NCBI GenBank assembly: GCA_026416195.1
Contig: JAOAFQ010000012.1
Span: forward strand, 13,955-77,954
Direction: 5' to 3'
Length of the DNA: 64,000 nt
Source: Candidatus Aminicenantes bacterium
GTDB lineage: Bacteria; Acidobacteriota; Aminicenantia; Aminicenantales; CALLJL01
A program made the translations under genes and the position numbers. Position 1 is the first letter of the stretch; the number at the start of each line of letters is the position of its first letter. Below the pieces are notes generated by a model. The model saw only the letters and a list, made by a program, of their open reading frames with translations, made no database searches and was not told the DNA's origin. This document shows positions 8,463 through 19,306 of this stretch, piece after piece.

Positions 8463-10747
8463 ATCCTACGGTTAAATCCGTTGACCAAAAGCCAAAAGTG
8501 GCCCTGCGCTCTCGTCTGGCTTGGAAATTTCTCCTGGCCTTTGTGCCTCTTTTAGCCGTTTTTTGTCTCGGCACTTTCTTCATTACACCCTATTTTTATC
8601 GACAGCATGGTCTTAATGATTTAAGGAGCAAAGCCAAAAATGTCGCTAGAATCGCTGCTTATAGTGCTGCGCCCGCGGTTTTTTTTGAAGATAAACCAAC
8701 AATCAATGAAGTTTTGCAAAGCCTATCCCGCGATGAACATTTGTTCTTGGCCATCGTAATTGACGAAAAAGGTCAAGAGATAGCTTCCCTTAAAAAAGAT
8801 CTGGAGTTTGATTTAACTCCCCTTCGACCCTGGCGCCAGGGAATGTCTTATAATCAACGCTTTTGGATAGAAATTATCAATTTGGATTACCAAGGGAAAA
8901 ATGTGGGTCGCCTCGTTCTCGGCTTCTCTTTAGAATCGCTCAACCGGGGAACGCGGCTTGTTCAACGAATAACTGGCTTGGCTACTTTAGTTCTTTTCAT
9001 TCTGAGTGTTGTTATTGCCTATTATTTAAGCTTTCTAGTGACCGGTTCTTTGAGGCGAATAACTCAAGCGGTGGCGGCTATTACTGAGGGCAACTATTCC
9101 CACCGGGTTAATATTAATTCCCATGACGAAGTTGGACTACTAGCGACTTCCTTCAATCTAATGCTTGACCGGTTGGCTGCAACGATGAATCATCTCGAAG
9201 AAGCCCGTCAAACTTTAGAAAAAAGGGTCGAGGAAAGAACAGCTGAATTGCAAAGGGAAATTGCTGAAAGAATCCAGATAGAAAAGAAACTTCGGGAAAG
9301 AGAAGATCTCTTTCGGAGCATGGTCGAAAGTCTCGGTGAAGGCGTGGTTATCGTCGATGACCAAGAAAATTTCCTTTTTGCCAATGCCGCTGCCGTTCGG
9401 ATTTTTGAATCTGAGGATCGACCTTTGATTAATCGTAACCTGAAAGAATTTACCACGCCTGATCAATTTGCTCTTATTCAAGAGCAAACCAAATTAAGAA
9501 AGATTGGCCAACGAAGCACCTATGAATTAAGGCTAACCATGCCTGATGGTCGAGAGAAAGTAGTTCTCGTAACCGCTACGCCTCAATTTGACGACCACAA
9601 AAGATTTATTTCTGCTTTAGCGGTGATAACTGATATAACCGAAATGAAAAAAACGGAGGATGTTTTAAGGGCGATGAAGATTAAGCTGGAGGAAAGTATC
9701 CGCCAACTGGAAAAAAGGAATGAAGAAGCCAATCTTCTTATTCAAATGGGCGATGCCTTTCAGATGGCTCAGAATGAAAAAGAAGTCATTGCAATTGCCC
9801 TTAATTATGCCAAAAAGTTCTTTCCTGAAGAAAGTGGAGCTCTTTATTTAAAAAGTAAAGATGGGCAACTTTTACAAAAAAATGAATCGTGGGGAGCCTT
9901 CCAATTTAAGGCTGATTATTTTTTCCCTGAAGAATGCTGGGCCGTAAGAAAGGGACAGCCTCATGAAATCAATGATCCTGAAAAAGACATCCTTTGCCCC
10001 CATCTGGCGTTAGAAGAAAAATCACCCCAACCTTTTCTCTGTCTTCCTTTAGTCGCTTTTAGTGAGTCTTTAGGGGTTTTAGTTATGACCTGCTGTCATC
10101 CAAGGGGCGATGAAGATAAATTATCTCAAGAAGAGTTTCGGGCAAATAGACAATGGCTAGCCAGGAGTTTCGCCCAGCGTTTGGCCATAGCCATTTTTAC
10201 TATTAGATTGCGGGAATCATTGAAAGAACAATCAATTCGCGACCCTTTAACTCGTCTGTATAATCGCCGTTTTCTCGAGGAATCTTTAGACCGAGAAATT
10301 CTCCGCGCTCACCGCTCTGGCCAGTTAATTGCCGTAATGATGCTTGATATCGACCATTTCAAACAGGTCAATGACCTTTATGGCCACGATACAGGCGACG
10401 TTGTCCTGCAAGAAATCGCTCGAGTTCTTGAAAAATCGGTAAGGCGAGAAGATGTTATTTGTCGGTATGGAGGGGAGGAATTTGCCATTATCATGCCCGT
10501 CAATTCCCTTGAAGTGGCTATAAGCCGAGCTGAACTTATCCTTGACCGGGTTCGCCTCCTCAAAATTTATTATAAAAATAATATTTTCCAAAACCTTACA
10601 ATTTCCATTGGCTTAGCTTTTTTCCCTGACGATGGAACTTCCTCTGGAGATTTGCTTAAAGCAGCTGATGAAGCTCTTTTTGAAGCTAAAAGGCAAGGCC
10701 GAAATCGGCTGGTTCTATTCCGGAGTTTGAAGCTTGGAGACTCTTAA
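8459..10747 (+). CDS. Membrane diguanylate cyclase (2 TM, periplasmic sensor, HAMP, PAS, GAF, GGDEF)
   Basis: HAMP (SHDEVGLLATSFNLM), PAS, GAF, DPLTRLYNRR, LDIDHFKQVNDLYGH, intact I-site RRED five residues before GGEEF. Confidence 0.93.
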   Translation: MNPTVKSVDQKPKVALRSRLAWKFLLAFVPLLAVFCLGTFFITPYFYRQHGLNDLRSKAKNVARIAAYSAAPAVFFEDKPTINEVLQSLSRDEHLFLAIVIDEKGQEIASLKKDLEFDLTPLRPWRQGMSYNQRFWIEIINLDYQGKNVGRLVLGFSLESLNRGTRLVQRITGLATLVLFILSVVIAYYLSFLVTGSLRRITQAVAAITEGNYSHRVNINSHDEVGLLATSFNLMLDRLAATMNHLEEARQTLEKRVEERTAELQREIAERIQIEKKLREREDLFRSMVESLGEGVVIVDDQENFLFANAAAVRIFESEDRPLINRNLKEFTTPDQFALIQEQTKLRKIGQRSTYELRLTMPDGREKVVLVTATPQFDDHKRFISALAVITDITEMKKTEDVLRAMKIKLEESIRQLEKRNEEANLLIQMGDAFQMAQNEKEVIAIALNYAKKFFPEESGALYLKSKDGQLLQKNESWGAFQFKADYFFPEECWAVRKGQPHEINDPEKDILCPHLALEEKSPQPFLCLPLVAFSESLGVLVMTCCHPRGDEDKLSQEEFRANRQWLARSFAQRLAIAIFTIRLRESLKEQSIRDPLTRLYNRRFLEESLDREILRAHRSGQLIAVMMLDIDHFKQVNDLYGHDTGDVVLQEIARVLEKSVRREDVICRYGGEEFAIIMPVNSLEVAISRAELILDRVRLLKIYYKNNIFQNLTISIGLAFFPDDGTSSGDLLKAADEALFEAKRQGRNRLVLFRSLKLGDS

Positions 10748-10804
10748 GCCAATTGGTCTCTGGATTAATTGCTTTCACCACCTTTTGATCATCATTTAGT
10801 TCCC

Positions 10805-11893
10805 TTAAAGATATTCTTTTTTTTCTTTTCCCTTAAGCCAGTCAATCAATTCCCTAATTCTCTGATCAGCTTGGCGATGACAAATCAAGAGAACATCATC
10901 CGTGTTAACCACGATCAAATCATTGACCTCAATTAAAGCTGTAAGCTTTTTTGGATTATAAACTAGATTGCCGCTGGCTTGTAAAGAAATAACTTCGCCA
11001 CGACAAGTATTGTTTCTCTCATCTTTAGGCCACAGATCCAACAACGATGACCATAGCCCAACATCTGACCAATCAAAATCGCCAGGGCAAACAACCACTT
11101 CTTTAGCCTTTTCCATAAGGGCATAATCGATTGAAAGAACTGGCATTTGCTTGAAGAGCCCAATCAGCTCATCGTCCTTTTTTTGCGCCAAAGCTTCTAT
11201 TATTTTTTCCCAGAAGGGAAACCAATCAGGTGCGTAAGCCTTTAATTTTTCAGGAAAAAAGTCGGCCCGCCAAAGAAACATCCCTGAATTCCAATAATAA
11301 TTTCCTGCTTTTAAAAATTTTTCAGCCTGTTCTCGTGTTGGCTTTTCTTTAAAAGACAAAACAGAGTAAAAGGATTCTCCTTTAAATTCGAGCGGGGAAC
11401 TTGAATCAAAATTAATATAGCCATAGCCAGTGGCCGGATAAGTTGGGCGAATCCCAAAAGTCACTAAATAGCCTTCATTAGCGGCCGAAGCGGCCGCCTC
11501 TAATTTGCGTCGAAAAACCTCGGGTTGGAGAATAACATGATCCGAGGGCAAAGCAGCAACTACCGTCTGCGGTTCCTCCAAAAAAAGCTTAGCTGTGGCC
11601 AAAAGCAAGGAAGGAGCCGTATTTCGGGCTAAAGGTTCAACTAAACAGTTCTGAGCCGGGAGAAAAGGTACCAATTTTCTAATAATTCGAACGTAGGCCT
11701 CACTGGAAATGGTGTAGATATCTTCAGGAGGAATTAGAGGAAGAAGCCGATCAATTGTTTCTTCAAGCATGGTTTTCTCCCCGGCGATTGGAAGAAATTG
11801 TTTTGGTCTCGCCTCTCGGCTTAATGGCCAGAAACGAGTCCCACTGCCTCCGGCCATAATTACCGCCACCAACCGTTCGTATTTTTTCGCCAT
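10805..11893 (-). CDS. manC: Mannose-1-phosphate guanylyltransferase
   Basis: IMAGGSGTRFWPLSREARPKQF, EPLARNTAP, PSDH, WNSGMF, SIDYALMEK, WSDVG; start taken at ATG 11893. Confidence 0.93.
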   Translation of the reverse strand: MAKKYERLVAVIMAGGSGTRFWPLSREARPKQFLPIAGEKTMLEETIDRLLPLIPPEDIYTISSEAYVRIIRKLVPFLPAQNCLVEPLARNTAPSLLLATAKLFLEEPQTVVAALPSDHVILQPEVFRRKLEAAASAANEGYLVTFGIRPTYPATGYGYINFDSSSPLEFKGESFYSVLSFKEKPTREQAEKFLKAGNYYWNSGMFLWRADFFPEKLKAYAPDWFPFWEKIIEALAQKKDDELIGLFKQMPVLSIDYALMEKAKEVVVCPGDFDWSDVGLWSSLLDLWPKDERNNTCRGEVISLQASGNLVYNPKKLTALIEVNDLIVVNTDDVLLICHRQADQRIRELIDWLKGKEKKEYL

Positions 11894-11994
11894 CCTTCTT
11901 TTCTCCTGAAATCCCAATAACTAAAATTAGAATTTGTCGTCCTTTTCGGCTCTAACTTCCCTCATTCTTTTTGTTATATTTTTTGGCTTTAAGC

Positions 11995-13371
11995 TTATTT
12001 CTCCTTATCTCCTAGCCTTCTGATAACTGCCTCAAGCTTTGATTTGATTTCTTGCTGAATTTTTTCCAAGGCTTCAGGAGTATCAGCCTCAAAACGCAAA
12101 ACGAGCACCGCTTGAGTGTTTGAAGCTCTAACCAAAGCCCAGCCTTGGGGAAAAATCACCCGCACGCCATCAAGGTCAATTAAAGGATATAAAGGAGAAA
12201 GTTCTTTTTTTAGCTCGTCAACAATTTTAAATTTTACTTCATCGGAAGCGTAAAGGCGAATTTCGGGAGTGTAATAAGTTGGAGGTAGATAAGCAAGAAG
12301 GGACGAAAGTTTCTGGTCCGATTGGGCCACGATTTCAGCCAGTCGACAAGAGGCATAAATGGCATCATCAAATCCAAAATAGCGGTCAGCAAAGAAAATA
12401 TGACCACTCATCTCTCCCGCAAGCAAAGCTCCCTCCTCTCTAAGTTTTTTCTTGATGAGGGAATGACCTGTTTTCCACATGATCGGCCGACCGCCCAGCC
12501 GTTCAATTTCACTGTAAAGAACCTTAGACGCCTTAACTTCAGAGATAATGGCTGCCCCCGGGTTTTTGGGAAGGAGGTCCTTAGCGTAAAGAATTAAAAG
12601 CTGATCCCCCCAGATAATCTTTCCCTTATCATCGACCACTCCAAGGCGATCGCCATCGCCATCATAACCAACCCCAAAATCGGCGCCGGTCATCAACACT
12701 TTATCAATCAATTCTTTCAGCGCTTCGGGCAAAGTCGGGTCAGGATGATGATGAGGAAAGCGACCATCCATTTCACAGTAAAGCTCAATGACCTCACAGC
12801 CAAGTTTTTTAAAAATCGGCCCGGCTACGACGCCGGCGGTGCCATTGCCGGCATCTAACACTATTTTTAAAGGTTTTTTGAGCTTAATATTGTTGATAAT
12901 AAAATCAATGTATTCAGGAATAACATCATACTGGATAACTTCCCCTGGCTTGTTTTGGACAAAGCGTTCCTCTTTAACTAGTCTATAAAGCTCCTGAATT
13001 CTTGGGCCATAAAGGGTTTCCTCGCCGAGCATGATTTTGAAGCCGTTCTGGTCAGGCGGATTATGCGAGCCGGTGATCATAATGGCCGCTTCTTTTTTCC
13101 TCTTGAAGACATTGAAATAAAGAACTGGAGTGGGGACAACTCCGATATCTTCAACGTTACAGCCAGTAGAAAGCAGCCCTCTAATCAGCCAAGCCGCTAA
13201 CTCTGGCGAGCTTAGTCGACAATCACGGCCGACGGCTACCTCTCGACAGCCATGCTCCTGAAAATAAGTTCCGCAGGCCCGGCCAAGAATTTCTGCAAAA
13301 TTAGCCGTTAAATCCTGAGCTACCTTGCCCCGAATATCATATTCTCGAAAAATCTGGGGGTTAACCTCCAT
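11995..13371 (-). CDS. Phosphomannomutase/phosphoglucomutase
   Basis: IFREYDIRG, ITGSHNP (phospho-Ser), YDGDGDR, GEMSGH, RASNT. Confidence 0.94.
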   Translation of the reverse strand: MEVNPQIFREYDIRGKVAQDLTANFAEILGRACGTYFQEHGCREVAVGRDCRLSSPELAAWLIRGLLSTGCNVEDIGVVPTPVLYFNVFKRKKEAAIMITGSHNPPDQNGFKIMLGEETLYGPRIQELYRLVKEERFVQNKPGEVIQYDVIPEYIDFIINNIKLKKPLKIVLDAGNGTAGVVAGPIFKKLGCEVIELYCEMDGRFPHHHPDPTLPEALKELIDKVLMTGADFGVGYDGDGDRLGVVDDKGKIIWGDQLLILYAKDLLPKNPGAAIISEVKASKVLYSEIERLGGRPIMWKTGHSLIKKKLREEGALLAGEMSGHIFFADRYFGFDDAIYASCRLAEIVAQSDQKLSSLLAYLPPTYYTPEIRLYASDEVKFKIVDELKKELSPLYPLIDLDGVRVIFPQGWALVRASNTQAVLVLRFEADTPEALEKIQQEIKSKLEAVIRRLGDKEK

Positions 13372-13397
13372 CTCACCACCTCTTGGTTTAACTTATT

Positions 13398-13952
13398 TTA
13401 TTGATTGATGTTCTCCCCAGGTGGATCAAGAAGATGTTTGACTTTAGCCTCAATATCCTCCATTTTCCCCTGGGAAGTGAGAATAAATTCAATGAATTCT
13501 CGCACTGCTCCTCGCCCGCCTTCGCTTTTACAAAGATAATGACAATTCTGCTTAACCAACGGATGAGCGTCAGCCACCGCGGCGGCTAGTCCCACCATCC
13601 TCATTACCTCTAAATCGCCCAAATCATCGCCGATGTAGGCCACTTCATGGGGTTTCAACTGATGGCGCCTAAGAATTTCTTCGAGAACAGCTTTTTTATC
13701 TTGAATTCCTTCATGAACTTCGTCCATACGAAGACGACGGGCTCGATGAAGAAGGGTTCGGGAAGTTTTGCCGCTAATAACCCCGGTGATTAACCCTGCC
13801 TGTTTAGCCATTAAAATACCCATCCCATCGCGAACGTTGAAAGCCTTAGTTTCCTCACCATTAGGCAGGATGAAAATTGTCCCATTAGTCAGGGTGCCAT
13901 CGACATCCATTAAAATAAGTTTAATCTTTCTCGCTCTTTCTTCAAGGGTCAT
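13398..13952 (-). CDS. kdsC: KDO 8-phosphate phosphatase (HAD)
   Basis: MDVDGTLT, FNVRDGMGI, YIGDDLGD, GGRGAVRE; start 13952 is coupled to the kdsD stop (TGATG). Confidence 0.92.
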   Translation of the reverse strand: MTLEERARKIKLILMDVDGTLTNGTIFILPNGEETKAFNVRDGMGILMAKQAGLITGVISGKTSRTLLHRARRLRMDEVHEGIQDKKAVLEEILRRHQLKPHEVAYIGDDLGDLEVMRMVGLAAAVADAHPLVKQNCHYLCKSEGGRGAVREFIEFILTSQGKMEDIEAKVKHLLDPPGENINQ

Positions 13953-14923
13953 CAGAACATCTCCGTTCGCCATAAATCGTGGAGATGAATAATTCCCTCC
14001 ACTTTACCTTCTTTATCTTTAATGATCAGAGACGTTATTTTCCTTTCTTCCATTAAATTAAGAGCTTCCGTGGCCAAACTTTCTTTACTGATGGTTACTG
14101 GATTGGGCGTCATACAATCTCGAGCCAGCCGAGAGGAAAATTTTTCCCGATAGCGACGAACCATACGGCGCAGATCACCATCAGTAATTATCCCCTTGAG
14201 TCGACCTTCATGGTCAATCACGCAAGTCATGCCAAATCCTTTCTGAGTCATCTCTTCCACTACCTCTAACATAGGGGTCTCTTCATAAACCAAAGGAACT
14301 TCCTCTCCAGTATGCATTAGATTTTCCACTTTCAAAAGCCGTCGACCAATATGGCCCTTGGGATGAAAAAAGGCAAACTCCTTTTCCCCAAAACCTTTTT
14401 TCTTCATTAAAGCGATGGCTAAGGCATCGCCAAGGGCTAAAGCGGCCGTCGTCGAAGCGGTTGGAACTAGGTTTTTTGGCCCAGCTTCTTTTTCGACGCG
14501 GGCATCCAAGACAATATCACTATAGCGAGCGATCCGAGAGCGTGGATTTCCTGTTATCGTAATGAGCTTAACGCCAATTCTTTTAATAAATGCTAATAAA
14601 TCGACAATCTCTTTGGTTTCACCGCTGTAAGAGATAGCCAGAATTGTATCTTCTTTCTGAATCATTCCCAAATCGCCATGGCCGGCCTCAGCCGGATGGA
14701 CAAAAATCGCTGGGGTACCACAACTGGCTAAAGTGGCGGCAATTTTCCGCCCAATCAGTCCAGATTTGCCCATCCCGGTAACAATCACTCGTGATTTGGT
14801 TTGACTAAGGAGATCAACTGCTTTAATAAAATTATCATCCAACCTCTGAGCTAAATCAGCCACAGCTTTAGCTTCGGTTTCTAAGACATCTTTAGCAATC
14901 GCTAGGAGATCATTTTTCTTCAT
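13952..14923 (-). CDS. kdsD: Arabinose-5-phosphate isomerase (SIS + 2 CBS)
   Basis: TGMGKSGLIGRK, HPAEAGHGDLG, PTASTTAALALGDALA, HPKGHIG, CBS pair. Confidence 0.94.
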   Translation of the reverse strand: MKKNDLLAIAKDVLETEAKAVADLAQRLDDNFIKAVDLLSQTKSRVIVTGMGKSGLIGRKIAATLASCGTPAIFVHPAEAGHGDLGMIQKEDTILAISYSGETKEIVDLLAFIKRIGVKLITITGNPRSRIARYSDIVLDARVEKEAGPKNLVPTASTTAALALGDALAIALMKKKGFGEKEFAFFHPKGHIGRRLLKVENLMHTGEEVPLVYEETPMLEVVEEMTQKGFGMTCVIDHEGRLKGIITDGDLRRMVRRYREKFSSRLARDCMTPNPVTISKESLATEALNLMEERKITSLIIKDKEGKVEGIIHLHDLWRTEMF

Positions 14924-15761
14924 GGTTTATCTCTCTCGTCGAAGACCAAATAGCTAAGACTGATTTTAAAACTTCCTTTAATTGATCCAATTTTAAAGAA
15001 TTATCTTTATCAGAGAGAGCTCGAGAGGGCTCTTCGTGAACTTCAAGGAAAAGGCCATCAGCCCCAGCTGCGATGGCGGCCTTAGCAATAACAGGAATAA
15101 ATTCAGGTCGTCCAGAAGATCTTATTCCTGCTCCTCCAGGTTTCTGAACCGAATGAGAAGCATCGATAATCACAGGATAACCCCACTGCTTCATAATGGC
15201 AATGGATCGAGGATCAACGATAAGATCATGATAGCCAAAGGAAGTGCCTCTTTCAGTCAGCATGATTTGTTCATTACCTTGACTGGTCACTTTTTCAATG
15301 ACCAAGGCCATATCCTCAGGCGCCATAAACTGACCTTTTTTAAGATTAATGGGCTTAAAGGTCCGGGCCGCCGCTAGAAGCAAATCAGTTTGACGGCAGA
15401 GAAAAGCGGGAATCTGCAGGACATCAAGAACTTCAGCGGCCGGTTCAGCTTGCCAGGGTTCATGAATATCACTTAAAACTGGAAGATTTACTTCCTCTTT
15501 GACAGTTTTTAGAATGGCTAATCCCTTTTCGATTCCAGGGCCACGATATGATTTTAGAGAGGATCGATTAGCTTTATCAAAAGAAGCCTTAAAAATAAAG
15601 GGGAGGTTAAATTGTCGACAGATTTGCTTAATCTGGCGAGCCAGAAAAAGAGCATGCTCTTCTGACTCCAGAACACAAGGTCCGGCGATAAGAAACAGGC
15701 TTTTGCCCCCTCCAATTGTTGTTCCCTCAGATAATTTTATTTCTCTGCTGACGGTAAGCAT
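14910..15761 (-). CDS. kdsA: KDO 8-phosphate synthase
   Basis: [53 protein letters not shown]; start 15761 has GGAG upstream and overlaps the pyrG 3' end by 35 nt. Confidence 0.95.
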   Translation of the reverse strand: MLTVSREIKLSEGTTIGGGKSLFLIAGPCVLESEEHALFLARQIKQICRQFNLPFIFKASFDKANRSSLKSYRGPGIEKGLAILKTVKEEVNLPVLSDIHEPWQAEPAAEVLDVLQIPAFLCRQTDLLLAAARTFKPINLKKGQFMAPEDMALVIEKVTSQGNEQIMLTERGTSFGYHDLIVDPRSIAIMKQWGYPVIIDASHSVQKPGGAGIRSSGRPEFIPVIAKAAIAAGADGLFLEVHEEPSRALSDKDNSLKLDQLKEVLKSVLAIWSSTREINHEEK

Positions 15762-17346
15762 AACTAGCTCCAATGAAAGCTTTAAAAAGAGGATGAGGCT
15801 CAAGCGGACGAGATTTGAATTCAGGATGAAATTGGCATCCTAAAAACCAAGGATGACCCGGCAATTCTATTATTTCAACTAGATTATATTTTGGGTTGCG
15901 GCCAGTAATTTCAAGGCCCGCTTGGACCAGAGTCTCTTCATAGGCCGGATTGAATTCATAGCGATGACGATGTCGTTCATATACTATAGTTTTCCTATAG
16001 GATTTATAAGCTAATGAGGATTTCTTGATTTCACAAGGATAAGCTCCAAGGCGCATTGTCCCCCCTAGATCATGCTCAGGTTTAAGCTCTCGCCATAGGG
16101 AAAAGATTTTATGCGGAGTCGTCGGGTCGAATTCAGTGCTATGGGCTTTTCTTAAATGGGCCACATGTCGAGCAAATTCGATAGTAGCCAATTGCATACC
16201 TAAACAAATTCCAAAATAGGGGACTCCATTTTCTCGGGCATATGTAATCGCATTAATCTTGCCTTCAATCCCTCTACTTCCAAAACCTCCAGGAACTAAA
16301 ATCCCATCATGCGGCGAAAGAATTTTTTCAACTTCACCTCGCTCAAGATCCTCTGCTTCAACCCAAGCAATATTTACTTTAAGTCCATTGGCTACCGCTC
16401 CGTGAATTAAAGCCTCCTTGAGGCTTAGATAGGAATCCCGAAGAGCTGCATATTTGCCCACAAGAGCAATCTTCACTTCATCTTTTGGATTATTCATTTT
16501 TCGAACAAAAGCTTCCCATCGACTTAATTCTCTTTTCCCTGGAGGCAAGCCAAGTTTTTTTAGAACAATTTTATCCAATCCTTCCCGAGCATAAATTAAA
16601 GGAATTTCATAAATGTTGTCGACATCTTTAGCCGTAATGACGGCTTCGACTGGCACATTGGTAAAAAGAGAAATCTTGGCTTTCAACTCAGGAGTAAGAA
16701 ATCGATCGGTGCGGCAGAGAAGAATATCAGGTTGAATACCAATGGCCCGAAGCTCTTTAACACTGTGTTGAGTAGGTTTTGTCTTTAACTCCCCAGAAGT
16801 CTTAATGAAGGGGATGAGGGTCAGATGGACAAAAAGAGTATTTTCAGGTCCTAATTCTAGCCTCATTTGACGAATAGCTTCTAAAAATGGTTGCCCTTCA
16901 ATGTCACCTACTGTGCCTCCAATCTCGACAATGACAATATCATTATCATTATCTACTCCATGGATAGCCGCTTTAATTTCATCGGTCACGTGAGGAATTA
17001 CTTGAACTGTCTTTCCCAGAAATTCTCCCTTCCTTTCCTTTTTGATTATGGCTTCATAAATTCGGCCAGCCGTCCAATTATGGGCTTTCGAAGTTTGAGT
17101 CGAAGTAAAACGTTCATAGTGCCCCAAATCAAGATCTGTCTCGGCCCCATCTTCGGTAACATAAACTTCCCCATGCTGAAAAGGATTCATTGTTCCTGGA
17201 TCAACATTAAGATAAGGATCAAATTTTTGAATCGTAATTTTATAGCCATGACTTTCAAGAAGACAACCAATCGAAGCGGCCGCGATTCCTTTGCCTAAGG
17301 AAGAGAGAACACCGCCTGTAATAAAAACATATTTTGGTCGCTTCAT
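15727..17346 (-). CDS. pyrG: CTP synthase
   Basis: [43 protein letters not shown]. Confidence 0.97.
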   Translation of the reverse strand: MKRPKYVFITGGVLSSLGKGIAAASIGCLLESHGYKITIQKFDPYLNVDPGTMNPFQHGEVYVTEDGAETDLDLGHYERFTSTQTSKAHNWTAGRIYEAIIKKERKGEFLGKTVQVIPHVTDEIKAAIHGVDNDNDIVIVEIGGTVGDIEGQPFLEAIRQMRLELGPENTLFVHLTLIPFIKTSGELKTKPTQHSVKELRAIGIQPDILLCRTDRFLTPELKAKISLFTNVPVEAVITAKDVDNIYEIPLIYAREGLDKIVLKKLGLPPGKRELSRWEAFVRKMNNPKDEVKIALVGKYAALRDSYLSLKEALIHGAVANGLKVNIAWVEAEDLERGEVEKILSPHDGILVPGGFGSRGIEGKINAITYARENGVPYFGICLGMQLATIEFARHVAHLRKAHSTEFDPTTPHKIFSLWRELKPEHDLGGTMRLGAYPCEIKKSSLAYKSYRKTIVYERHRHRYEFNPAYEETLVQAGLEITGRNPKYNLVEIIELPGHPWFLGCQFHPEFKSRPLEPHPLFKAFIGASYAYRQQRNKII

Positions 17347-18065
17347 TAATTTCTCTCTTTCAAAAATTGCTCAACCTTTATTAAATCTTCAGGCGTATCA
17401 ACTCCAAGAGTAGGTTCGGGTATCGCCAACATCCTAATTCTGTAGCCATTTTCAAGCGCCCGAAGCTGTTCTAAGCGTTCACTTTTTTCCAGTCGAGACG
17501 GTTCTAACCGGCAAAGAGTCATCAGAACTTCTCTTCGATAAGCATAAATTCCAATATGTTGATAAAAAAAATCTATAGCCCCATTGGGCAAAGGAGAACG
17601 GGAAAAATAGAGGGCATATCCTCTTCTATCCACTACCACTTTGACTCGATTGAGGTCCTGAATAGCTTTAAGATCATAAACTGGCGCCATAAGGGAGCTT
17701 ATATCCGCTTCCTTGGAAATTAAAGGAGGAATAAGCAAGTCAATCATCCAGCCTTGGATCAAGGGTTCATCCGCTTGAATATTAACGATAATTGAGGCTT
17801 CCCTCGACTCAGCCACCTCAGCAACCCGGTCAGTTCCTGAAGGGTGATCAGCTCGGGTCATAATGACAGGGGCCCCAAAAGAATGCGAAACGGCAGCAAT
17901 TCTCCCATCATCAGTCGCGATCAGAACTTCAGCTAAATTTTGGGCTGAAATTGCTGCTTCGTAGACCCACTGTAAAAGGGGCTTACCTAGTAAAAGAGCT
18001 AAAGGCTTGCCAGGAAAACGAGACGAAGCATATCGAGCTGGGATTATTCCAATAGCTTTAACCAT
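17346..18065 (-). CDS. kdsB: CMP-KDO synthetase
   Basis: [47 protein letters not shown]. Confidence 0.95.
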   Translation of the reverse strand: MVKAIGIIPARYASSRFPGKPLALLLGKPLLQWVYEAAISAQNLAEVLIATDDGRIAAVSHSFGAPVIMTRADHPSGTDRVAEVAESREASIIVNIQADEPLIQGWMIDLLIPPLISKEADISSLMAPVYDLKAIQDLNRVKVVVDRRGYALYFSRSPLPNGAIDFFYQHIGIYAYRREVLMTLCRLEPSRLEKSERLEQLRALENGYRIRMLAIPEPTLGVDTPEDLIKVEQFLKERN

Positions 18066-18071
18066 TCCTCT

Positions 18072-18458
18072 TTATTCCCCCCTCTCAGTGAATGCTTGAT
18101 TAAAGTCAGCGGCTTCTCCAGTTAGGCAACGAGCCTGTAATAAAGCTCCTTCTTCGACCATCAAGCGGGGAGTAATTATTGTGCCCGTAACTTTACCCTT
18201 ATCATGAATTTCTATTTTTTCCCTTGCTTTTAACGTTCCCTGCAATTCTCCTCGAACAATGCAAGTCCCGACCTCAATTTCGGCTTTAACTTTGCCTTCG
18301 TCCCCAATTATTAAAACAGCTTCAGAGGAAATTTTTCCTTCAAAATAACCATCAATCCGGAAGGAGCCGCGGAAAGAAAGTTCTCCTTTCATGATGGTGT
18401 TACTATCGAAAAAACCAGTTATTTTATCATCATCTGGCAATTTCTTTTTTTCTTTCAT
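18072..18458 (-). CDS. Bactofilin (polymer-forming cytoskeletal protein)
   Basis: Beta-helix repeats IMKGELSFRGSFRIDGYFEGKI ... GKVTGTIITPRLMVEEGA; overlaps the parB stop. Confidence 0.9.
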   Translation of the reverse strand: MKEKKKLPDDDKITGFFDSNTIMKGELSFRGSFRIDGYFEGKISSEAVLIIGDEGKVKAEIEVGTCIVRGELQGTLKAREKIEIHDKGKVTGTIITPRLMVEEGALLQARCLTGEAADFNQAFTERGE

Positions 18459-19306
18459 CTTTCACCTCTTGGACAGAGCTGTTGGCTTAAACGTGTCAAA
18501 TCCTCAGAGGAATAATAAAAAATCTTGATTATCCCTTTCTTCGGACTGCCCTCAATTTTAACTTTTGTTCCAAAAAATCTAATTAAAGCCTCTTCCATTG
18601 CCAGAAGTTCAGGATTTACTTTTTTAACTTTCGCTGTCCCTCGTCCTTGAGTCCATTTTTTCACCAATTTTTCGGTTTCTCGAACTGAAAGTCCCCTTTT
18701 AACAATCATCTCAGCCAAAGAAATCTGGAGAGCTGAATCTGTTAAAGCAGCCAGAGCTCGGGCATGCCCCATAGAAATTTTCTCCTCAGCTAAAAAATTT
18801 TGAACCTTTTGAGGAAGAGAAAGTAACCTTAAATAATTGGTTATGGATGAGCGATCTTGACCAACCCGGGCAGCAATCTCTTCATGAGTCAAACCCAGTT
18901 CTTCAACCATCCGCTTATAAACATTAGCCACCTCAAGGGGATTTAAATCTTCCCGCTGCAAATTTTCAATCAGGGAAATCTCCAGCTGCTTCTCTCTCGA
19001 TAATTGCCGAATCAAAGCCGGGATTTTTCTCAATCCAGCAAGCTGAGCCGCTCGCCACCGTCTTTCCCCGACAATAATGCGATAATAGTCGCCTTCGGGA
19101 ACCACGACAATGGGTTGAATAACCCCTGTTTCTTTGATGGAAGCTGCTAATTCCTCTAAACTTTTCTGACTCAATTTCATTCGGGGCTGATCTGGACTAG
19201 GCCGAAGTTGATCAATATCGAGTTCAGCCCACCTTTCCCCTTTGATTAGACCTATCTCTTCGGGAAGAAAAACCTCTAGACCTCTCCCCAGGGCTTTTTT
19301 GGTCAT
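18455..19306 (-). CDS. parB: Chromosome partitioning protein ParB/Spo0J
   Basis: [52 protein letters not shown]. Confidence 0.96.
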   Translation of the reverse strand: MTKKALGRGLEVFLPEEIGLIKGERWAELDIDQLRPSPDQPRMKLSQKSLEELAASIKETGVIQPIVVVPEGDYYRIIVGERRWRAAQLAGLRKIPALIRQLSREKQLEISLIENLQREDLNPLEVANVYKRMVEELGLTHEEIAARVGQDRSSITNYLRLLSLPQKVQNFLAEEKISMGHARALAALTDSALQISLAEMIVKRGLSVRETEKLVKKWTQGRGTAKVKKVNPELLAMEEALIRFFGTKVKIEGSPKKGIIKIFYYSSEDLTRLSQQLCPRGER

